The position numbers were made by a program, and so were the translations under genes. Under the pieces are notes generated by a model. The model saw nothing but the letters and a program-made list of their open reading frames with translations. It searched no databases and had not been told where the DNA came from. A DNA stretch of 62,031 nt, the filler included, from Sphacelaria rigidula (lineage: Eukaryota), in NCBI GenBank assembly GCA_964200075.2. It is 9 parts of 9 records of this genome, joined end to end, with 100 filler letters (N's around TTAATTAATTAA, not from the genome) between each part and the next. Parts side by side here need not be neighbours in the genome. Positions count along the whole stretch, not along the records: positions 48,326 to 55,128 come from CAXNAA020018001.1; positions 55,229 to 62,031 come from CAXNAA020018002.1; 7 more parts are not named here. One strand, 5' to 3'. Positions 53,197 to 62,031 of this stretch are shown piece after piece. Every line of letters starts with the position of its first letter. Positions within the stretch are counted from its first letter, which is position 1.

Positions 53197-55128
53197 ATGA
53201 TAGACGGTACGTACGGGTTGGAAGAGCTCCAGCTGTTCGTGGGGGACTCTATATCGTCCGTGGACAAGACGATATCAGAGAAGGGAGAAAGCCTGCCGGC
53301 TGAAGAACAGGAAGGCGATGCCATGAAGGAATTCGAGGCGGTCTACAAGTGAGGACTTCCACGGTCCTTGGAGCTGGTGCGTTACTCCCCGTCGATAGTT
53401 GACTTTATTCTAGAAAACTTGAGACATATATTCGCTGTCGCGAGCTGTTCGGCGACCGTCCTCGATGTTCAGGCACGGAAGTCAACTGTATCTTTTACGG
53501 TAGTACTGGTTGAGGAGTGTAAAACACCACCGCCTGTATACAAGCGAAAAAAAAGGTCGCGTTCCATGATTGCCGTAGCGGCGGGTCTTCATGCAGGTGC
53601 AACAGTTTTTCGTTTGTGAGAGGTGTCATGAACTCTCACCAATGTTTCCAACTGCCGCTGGGCTCGTTTTCACCCTCTATTTCTCGACAGCACGATATCG
53701 GCGGCGCAGTGTATGTGGGCCCAGGGTTGCTCCGGTCGAAGCCGCCGGCCGACACGACCCCCCTGCATTGCTGACTCCTGCCGCCGGTACTTCTGCTGAA
53801 GAGGTCATGAAGACCGCCGTGCAGCCGTTCGGATACACAGTGGAGGTGAGAGTGCCTCGGGCGACCCAAACGGTGTTCATATCGAGTCTTGTTTACTTTC
53901 TTCTTGGCCGTTTGAGGGTCGCACAGTGAGGACAAGGTGGTGATCAGGCTAGCGGGCACATACGCACCAGTTTTGTTCTTTTTGCATATTTCTTGACGCG
54001 TTTTCGAGTCAAATATAGTTTCCCTGTACCATACAAGAGGATACCCTAAACTGTACGGGCCCATCATCTTGCCCGGATTTTGGCTTTGTATCTTCGTACT
54101 ATATTTCCGATGAAAAGCATATCTTGTCTACATTCGGTGCTTGCTTCGTACGAATGAAAACAATTACTCGAGCCCGAAAATGGCCGCACGCCCCCCTTTC
54201 TAAACTCGAGAGAGAAACAACATTCTAAAAAAACAACGAACGATGATCACAATCGCGAATCAACCACTACTAGCTGTACGTATTACCGTGTGTTGGACCC
54301 CACTGCCTTCTTCACTGACGAACCTTGCTGGTAAAACCAGCGCTGTTCGGGTCGACAACGGCCAAAACCTTCCACGAGTGCTTCGAAATAGTAGAATAAG
54401 TGCGATGCTCGGGTATATTTCGGCCCATTTCAAGTACAGAACTCGTAATTCTATCTTTACGTCGGCTGAGTCTGCCCTCTAACTTCGTAACGAACCCATC
54501 TGTAAAGCCGTCACAACGACCACTATACCCAGACAACGTATCATTGCCCTTCAGTGCCCTAAATTATGGGACGGGCGTGTGAGAAGGCCATCGCTCGGGG
54601 GTCGTCTTGTCACCCCCCACCCTTCTAGTCGCGACGTGGAGATTTCGAAGGAAACGGGAACGGCATGCCAGACAGAATGCGTATCTCGCGTCGCATCCGT
54701 CGTTTGGGATCATGCGGAGTGTGTATCGCTGAGAATCTGAGGGGTGAGGTTTGTCGCGGGATCTCGTACCATCGTTTTCACACGTCTACAGGGAATGCTT
54801 CCTCTCTTCGCGACGTGAACCGCGTCTCGTGCTTTCACCTCCGCCGCGCGTGCAATCCAATTTGGTCACGATTTTCGAGTCTAGATCAGGTCAACAGGCT
54901 GCACGTGATCGCGAAACAAGGCCAAGTCGCCGCCTATCCGGACGTTCCCGTCTGGGGAGAGTATAAAAAAAACGACACTCCGGAGGACGCCCTCCATTCT
55001 ATCGACCATGTTGTAGAGGAGCAGTCTATCCACCGTATTTTGGTAGCTACCAACAAACAACTGAGGAAAATGTTGAAGCCTGGCGAGGAGACGTGTAAAG
55101 CAAAGGCGGCGTTATACCTAGAAGCGGC
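53197..55128 (+). pseudogene. Highly divergent RNA polymerase largest (Rpb1/beta'-like) subunit N-terminal half, truncated by the contig end
   Basis: LEELQLFV ~VKEVQFGL; GLPRSLEL...VDFI...CSATVLD (53353) ~GHFGHIDL...VGFI...CGKLLLD; RISAMLGYI...RTRNSIFT ~RLKGKEGRI...RVDFSART; L.P...GDFEGN (54638-54655) ~L.P...ADFDGD; LHSIDHVVEEQSIHRIL...NK ~IHVVTREKGPQVCAKLF...QK. Confidence 0.7.
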
Positions 55129-55228
55129 NNNNNNNNNNNNNNNNNNNNNNNNNNNNNNNNNNNNNNNNNNNNTTAATTAATTAANNNNNNNNNNNNNNNN
55201 NNNNNNNNNNNNNNNNNNNNNNNNNNNN
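55129..55228. other. Artificial contig linker
   Basis: N-TTAATTAATTAA-N. Confidence 0.98.
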
Positions 55229-55299
55229 GTTGTGTTTTCGAAAAACACCAACGAGTGCACTCGTCTCGACGAGTGATGGCTCGTCCGACGTATGAACGT

Positions 55300-55530
55300 T
55301 TTCGTGTAATGTACTGAAGAAACGCAATGAGCGCCCAAGTATTGGAGGTGTCTCCATTAGGAGAAGAAACGGTGCTCCGTTTCGAAAGGAATGTGTGGTC
55401 AATGGTCAGATGGCTAAGGCAAGCAACAAATCAGGATGCCCCCCGGTGTGCTCCGCCTCGAAAGGAACTCATGGACATTGGATAAATGACTGAGGCAAGC
55501 AAAAAATGGGTATGCCCCTCCCCACCCCGC
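55300..55530 (+). mobile_element. LINE C1 3' end plus a second degenerate tandem copy of the tail
   Basis: GGTGCTCCGTTTCGAAAGGAATGTGTGGTCAATGGTC...GGCAAGCAAC..GCCCCCC, repeated at 55447-55520. Confidence 0.75.
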
Positions 55531-55570
55531 CCCTTTCCCTCTCCCTCTCATCCTCCCATAAGATATGGGT

Positions 55571-57824
55571 TCATTGGCGGACAATGAAGGCCGGATCCAC
55601 GTCGATGATATTGCGGTGCGCTTTCGACATATTCCATGTCGTTTCGATCGTTTCCTTACTATAGATCACCCCCTTGTTGTCTAGCGTCAGGCATGCCCGA
55701 CAAAGGTCTCGCTTACGGTGTCCAAATCGACGTATCTGCGCGAGCGCCAGGACGGTCTTTCCGGTACAACGACGCCAAATTGTGAACATGCAGAGGCGCC
55801 GGAATCTAATCGTTCAAGTCGCGCCGACACCACTGCCTAGATGCTCTATCCCGACGCCGGCAACTTCCGGGTGAAACTCGAGCGATAACGGAAGAATGTG
55901 TCCGCGATTCTCCACCATGTTCTGTTGCGCAGACGTATCATTCCTGAAATCTAGCAAATTGCCGAGGACGGTCTCGGCGTCGCTATATGAAGATGCCTTC
56001 TCTGCCGCGGACATCCCCGGCACCCACCAGCGCTGCTTGATCCCTTGACGTATTAACGCAGCCCATGTCCACCGCTCCTTCGCCGCTTTTGCCGTCATCA
56101 TATGTATGTGATTCGTATCCCCCGCTCCCCCCGCCCGACCTCTCCCCTCTGGACACCTTGCGACCTTTTCGTGTTTTCCTTGTCCTTGTCTCGATCTTGA
56201 ACCAGGGGGTGCTGCAATCGTCAAATGGAGGCGGGTCATTCCGTGTCAAGGAGACCCTCCGCGTCTCGCCCAATTTCGTTTCAAGTTCACTGTCCTTATC
56301 GTGACGCCTTCCACGTACTGGGTGCTCCAAGTGTCCCCATCAAAGCGCAGCTTTGCTTCCCCCTGACTCACGCATCCTTCCGCAACGGTTGTATCGTAAA
56401 GTTTTCTTTGTTCCCCTCCCCCCCACACTCCATGTCCTTGTTCGTCACATGTAGTCGCTCCTCTCGAAATTTCGCGTGCCCAGCGGAGTGGTCGACCTGC
56501 CCAACCTTCTGGGTGTCGGATGAGATAACTTCGAGGCAGTCCAACACGTCCACCATGCGTCCCTCGAATTTATCAAGTCGCAATATACCCTTCCCTGTGC
56601 TTTCCATGCTGGAAGAATTTCAGACCTGGGCTTCCCACTAACTCTGTGTGCCCCTGCTCCTGCCGAAATGTGTTGATCCCCGGGAGCTCTGCCTAGCACA
56701 GGGTCAGGCCGGAACTGCGCACTTCGTCCTGAAACGCTGACACCGCCTTCGCTGGCCCCTCCGTCTTCTTCCTCACGCGGTGCACTCCCTGAATCACCCA
56801 GACATCCTCTAGCGCGTATGCTTTGTATAAACCTTCGTCTCGTCCAGAATGAAGCGATCGTTGCTAAGATTTACACGTTCTTGGCGCATGACAGCACCCA
56901 CAGGTAGCATTTGCGGCTTAACTGAAGCGCATACTTCTGCAACCACCCTCTGCGCCCAACTGTATACACAGTGCATCGGACTTTTCGTCGGGCCCGTTGC
57001 CGCAAACGTCGACATGAACTTCGATGTAGCATCTTTCATCTCTCATAATGAAACGCATTAGCTCAGAATATCTACTCGCCTGTTACATACATGTCCTCGA
57101 ACGTGGCGAACTCCTCCGGCGTTAGAGAACCCTTCACCGAATACCAACACCTTTGCCCCAGTCGAAGTATTTGCCTCTTTCTGACGTAGCCCCTGCCGTT
57201 CTCAACGACGTCAGCTCTCTCATGGCCATCGGTGTGATATGATTGCGTGTGTCCTTCATTCTTGCACCCCAGTTGGCCCATCCACACGTTGACAGTGGAC
57301 ATGGATATAGAATGGCTCAGACCACACGCTGACAGCTTCGACATTCGTCCCTACCTCGTCAAGAGCACGGTCGATGCAGTCGAAAGTGTTCCATATTGAG
57401 ACGCGCTTCTGCGTCTTCATCCAACTCAGTCGCTGGGGCCTCAGATCTTCCCCGTTTGAAATATATATATATATATATTGTGCCTGCCCCTGCTGTCACG
57501 CTTAAAATGACCACCGAGGTGTCGAAATCGGCGATCCCACGAGACTATCGTGGATGGCTTGAAAACAGGCTCAATCCTTCGGTACACGATACACTTCGCG
57601 CTATCAACAAGATCGAATGTGTGTGGCAGATGATTATCGGCTGCGTATAGCTCTTCCTTCACCCCTGTATCTGCTGCCTCGTGGGCGGCTCGCGTGCGAG
57701 GATTATCCTCCACAGATTCTTTGGCGCGTTCGAGATGAGCGAACTGCAGAATATCTCGATCATGTTCCTGAAGGAACGTGTCTCTGACCGTGAACGTCTG
57801 TCCCACCCACGGGTCAGACATCAT
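55571..57824 (-). mobile_element. Decayed IS630/Tc1-mariner-like DDE transposase
   Basis: W...F....G.F....RG.H; IS.ST...WM..LG...YHTDGHERADVV; LDETK; DF.......V..RGH......FHPEVAGVGIE motifs in order on the minus strand. Confidence 0.75.
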
Positions 57825-58176
57825 TTTCCCTTATGATTCAGAGTTTCTGACATCCTCCATTCTCCGCGTGTTACTTTGTTACCCCCTTCGTATTCTTGGC
57901 GGAAGTTTGTCTCCTCTATAGCATTTCGGTTGTCGAGGCTGTTCATGCAGTCGCCTGTTGCAATAGGTCGGGCGGGGAAAATGCAGTTAAAACCTGTTTT
58001 TGTGGCGCATGGGAAGCTCTCCGCACTGAATAGGCGCGCGCGCAAAATGACGATTTTGACGACGATGGTACGAGAGGGGATTTTGGAAATCAAAACACAG
58101 CAGTACGGTGCATCAGAGTGCATAACAACCGGAACGCACAGATCCCTGGCACGAGTTGCACCGGAGTAATTGGGCA

Positions 58177-58278
58177 GGGTGTACTCATGATCGTGCATGC
58201 CATAGTCATAAGACCATTGACCTCGCATCCCTACAATGCCGGGACGGAGCACGCCGGGTTTTCGCCAGACCAGGTCTC
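58177..58278 (-). mobile_element. Short C-tailed retroposon (family C2) with TSD
   Basis: AGTAATTGGGCA (58165) / AGTAATCGGGCA (58279), each followed by Gs. Confidence 0.8.
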
Positions 58279-60539
58279 AGTAATCGGGCAAGGGGGGCAC
58301 GAAACACTACTTGGAAGAGATATCTTCTCTGTGCAGTTCGTGTGACGAACACCTGAGGAGTACCTATAACGGACCCAACATGTGTGAAAAGTTGACGCAT
58401 TCACCGTGTATCCATGGGAAGCCGATAGCTCTGTGCACGACACAGTGCCGTGCTTCGAGTCAGATATGTCGGCAGGAGGGAGAGAGTGGCAGCGTTGCAC
58501 ATATTGCCGCGAGAAGAGACCAGCAGAGTCCAGTGGCGACACTTCTACAGCACGCACAGTCAAAAGGCGTTGAGGGAGGTGCTGCACCGACACAAGACAT
58601 CTCACGATGCAGAGAGATGTACACACTTGTCGAGCCACGTAGTGTGCTGTTGTACTCGTGAAGTCGGTGCGAGAAGAAATGCGACTGTTCATACAGTTGT
58701 AGAGATGTGCTACAGACCCTGCCGTACAAAAAATGGCTGCACACACACAGTAGGACGAGACCTACAACAGGGAGCACCCGTACGGGAGGCATCAGACATC
58801 AGCACAGGCAGTACAAGAATACGCGCTAGGACTCACAAGCGTTACAACACGACCACAACATACATGATATCATTGCACTTGCCTTTCGGGAGTTGTCGCT
58901 CAGGTTTCCGAGCCTTAGACGGCGACATCGACTTGGACTGTAGCGTCTTCAGGACTGGTTGGTCGGCATCCTCACCTCTGTTGCTATATTCCCAGCTCAA
59001 TCTCCTCTCGTGAGCTTCTGCTTGTGCTCCCTCTGACAGTCAAAAGGCTGTGGACATTTCGTCAACGGTCTTGTTCTTCTGGGGGAAGTATGCTGCAGTT
59101 ACAATCCGTCAGTGTGTTCGTGCTTGACGTATGTGACCATCGGTTCGAAGGTCCTCTACCATAGTGGAGACGCTGATGAGCTCGATGCCATCTCTCAGCA
59201 GTGTCAGCGTGCTCTTGGCTTTGCGTGTCAAAAATGTCGTGTGCCTGGCGAGGTACATTTGTCAAACATGACTTGACCGCGTTGTGTATCTAAAATAAAT
59301 GGACCCAAATAGGCTTTCAAGCCACGATATGCGGCACACCCCGTTCTCAATGCAACGTGATGACGTCATCGCCAAAACTGCGCCAGCCGAACAGCAGCAG
59401 AGGATGCCGTCAGCAGCTTGGTCTGCAGTTCACAGCGCTGTACTTTCACCGGGCTGATTCGGCAAACTGGAAACGTGATCGTGTGCCCAGGGGATGCGAG
59501 ATCCTTAGCTGGACCGGCTCGTACAGTGTACGGCACATGCAGTGCAGCTACACAGAGCGTTGTACAGCACAAATAGGGGAATATGCAGACAGAACATAGC
59601 TAAAGACAAGCGACAGTGCAGCAGCCGCTGTTTCATTCACCAAATGAATGATGGCAAATGTCACGCGGGCGGGCGCACCCGTTTTGCGGTAGAACCCGCC
59701 AAGCGTTTCCCCGGATAATATGGAACATGTGTTCGCAGACTGTTTCGTCCAGAGAAGCTGTCGGGAAACGGCTACTGCCAAAGATTCTTCCGGTCATTTG
59801 CTCGATACAGTAGCAAGAAGTGGCCTGACCTTGTGAAATTACGGTGCTGCAGCAACATCAAGATTTGCAAACTTTCCAACAAATTCCGAGGAACGAGAGT
59901 GGGCTCATTCGCAAGCTGGGGATAAGGGCTCTCCATTACACGCCCGTGCGTTCGCTGATTCCTTCCAACACGCGAGGCAATGAGCAAGACATAACTATTC
60001 AGAATCACGTTTGCGACGCTGTACCAAGATGGCGCTCGCGTTCAGCTCTGACTCAACCCCTAACCCCTAGCATGTCACTTGGTCATTTCCCGATCCATGC
60101 TCTCTTCACGCTTCAGGTTCATGTTTGGGCGTGCATTCGAGCGGGTTGGATCATGCGAGTGCACATTCGACAAAAATGTCTAAAAAGATACAGTACCTTT
60201 CTGCTGAAGAGTGTATTCGCTACTACAAAGGCGCCCCCCACCTGCATCCAAGGGGCCACCACTGCTCCGTGTACCACGCTTATGGCTGTATTTGCGATGG
60301 CGTCGACTGCACCACCGCAGAACCCCTGCCATGCGAGGTAAGGGCGGCAAAACAAATGATGGATGACGCGGTGGCGTCTTGACGTCAATCGCTCACCATC
60401 GGGGTCCACCGAAGTTGGTTCTGATATTCATAGCGCCATGGACAGGTTCCAGCAAGGGTGGATTCCGTTGAGTCGCATCGACCGATCGGATTCAGTGCAT
60501 GAATATACAGCGTGTACAGTGCCACCCCGCTCCGGTGTT

Positions 60540-61105
60540 CCAAATTAAAATGATGCAACAAAAGTCAGCTACATCGAAAAGATCGGGGGTTTGAATCCCG
60601 CCATATGCGTTGTTGTTTTTTTCCTGGAAGTTTCGGATTCCGGTCGTTGAAAGTGTCAGGATGTGAGAAGCAACTCATTCTGGACGAGCGCCCACGCGGT
60701 GCAGGGGTGTTGATCGAGTTGTATCATTCGATTCGGATTCTGTACATGAGTACATGGTGTACATACAGTGCCGCCGCGTCCCGGCGGTGATAAATAAAAA
60801 TGGTACTACTGACACCATCTAGGACGCAAGAATGCGGATTCCATTCCCGGCAAATGCATTTCTGGCTTTTGTTTCGATATGTATCTAGTTGCCGTCGTGG
60901 AAACCATCGGAACGAGACTAGCCAAGAAGGCTGTTTTGACAAGGGTCCACACGGCGCGGGAGTGCTGATGGTCATGATCCATCTCCGCCATACAAGAACG
61001 TGAGGTGTGTACCGGGGGAGAGATGTAATCATCCCTTGAGACCCACAGATTCCCTCCGAGGAAGAGGAGGGACGGAAAAGTGTGAAGAAAAAACAAAAAA
61101 GAAAA
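60540..61105 (+). mobile_element. Degenerate multimer of SINE family A units ending in the family tail and an A-rich end
   Basis: B-box-like GGTTTGAATCCCG (60588) and GGATTCCATTCCCG (60836); GCGGGAGTGCTGATGGTCATGA and ATCCCTTGAGACC tail. Confidence 0.65.
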
Positions 61106-62031
61106 GGGTTCACAAGGGCGCTGTGTGGGTGCGTACGTCAAACTCCGGCGAACCGTCAACGTCTGAATCTTTGGGACTACCGAGATTACTGACGCCATGC
61201 ACGCCCTGTCTACGGTAGGAGGCTAGTATAGTGTACCCGACGCGTTCGCGCACGAGTCGACTGGGAGGATGGAAATTATCGCCCGATCAAAGATTGGCCA
61301 CGGTGGTGACGGTGGGGGGACATGCTTTTGAAAGTGTCAACATGTTTCACCCGCATTCAAGCCGCGACACCCCAAGACGAAGCAAGCACGCAAAAAGCGA
61401 GCCGGGCGGACGTAGCCTGCGGCCTGTTGCGCTGCTTATTCGTGGAATTTACCACACCCTGGACAATAGAATACACTATCAAAATGTGTAATGTGTACAG
61501 TATCGACTATTGCGCCTATTGCAGCAGACAACAGATGCCATACTTTACGCAGCACATTTTTTACAATAGAATATATCGTCATGATCCAGGGTGTGAACCT
61601 ACTCACCGTGACCAAGGTGGACGGATCGGTGCGGCAAGAAAGGGGGGAAATGTACCAGTGTATTTTTCTTCGTACAAACTATCCATATTCTTCGTCACAC
61701 TACAAAGGTCGTCCCTATTTTTCCTGGAGTGGTGACGCTACTGCTACTTTGCTTCGATTCCTTTCAACGAGAGACATCGGAATGTGGTGAGTAGTGTACG
61801 TCAAAGAGAAGAACCGGCGCAACACCCTAGATGCCGCAAAGCTGCTTGAAAATGTCCCGAGGTACGCATGTTTCCCGAACGGGGTGTTCTCGACTACTAC
61901 GGTACCTCAAATGACGAAAGGCACTACACCGGAGAGGTCTTTCTTGATGAGTCCTGCCGACTGAGTCATCCTACGATAGGGGGGGGGGGTATTTGGTTGC
62001 ACGAAAAAAGAGGCTCTATAAGTGTGTCAGA

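Noticed and set aside
58177-58278. HDV-like ribozyme fold in the C2 retroposon
   Set aside because: The helix order is superficially similar, but the P3/L3 consensus is absent and the P1-like pairing is not kept in subfamily C1.
58909-58932. RALDGDID as an RNAP NADFDGD motif
   Set aside because: It is on a different contig and has no supporting upstream or downstream Rpb1 motifs.

Overview
This window is not one locus. It is nine unrelated contigs (6804 x4, then 6803 x5 bp, so length-sorted) joined by 100-bp N-TTAATTAATTAA-N linkers. The DNA is repeat-rich and eukaryotic; a stramenopile such as a brown alga is my guess from the repeat families, not something the sequence proves. Most of it is decayed mobile DNA: three related Ty3/gypsy LTR copies, two Ty1/copia remnants, APE-type LINE fragments, tRNA-like SINEs, fold-back MITEs and an IS630/Tc1-mariner-like transposase relic. 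One clear host exon (14371-14568) encodes part of a LarA/DUF2088 (lactate-racemase superfamily) protein. The main discovery is in contig 8 (48326-55128). Reading across frameshifts reveals an apparently intron-less, very divergent, pseudogenised two-barrel RNA polymerase. An Rpb2/beta-like region runs in frame into an Rpb1/beta'-like region, with more than a dozen motifs in the correct order and the catalytic motif reading GDFEGN; this suggests a possibly fused beta-beta' polymerase of viral or plasmid origin. The second discovery is a LINE/SINE family whose 3' end is a structured tail followed by a C-run. Four independent insertions have 11-14 bp target-site duplications ending at G-runs. All protein alignments were made by eye against remembered motifs and need HMM or structure confirmation.
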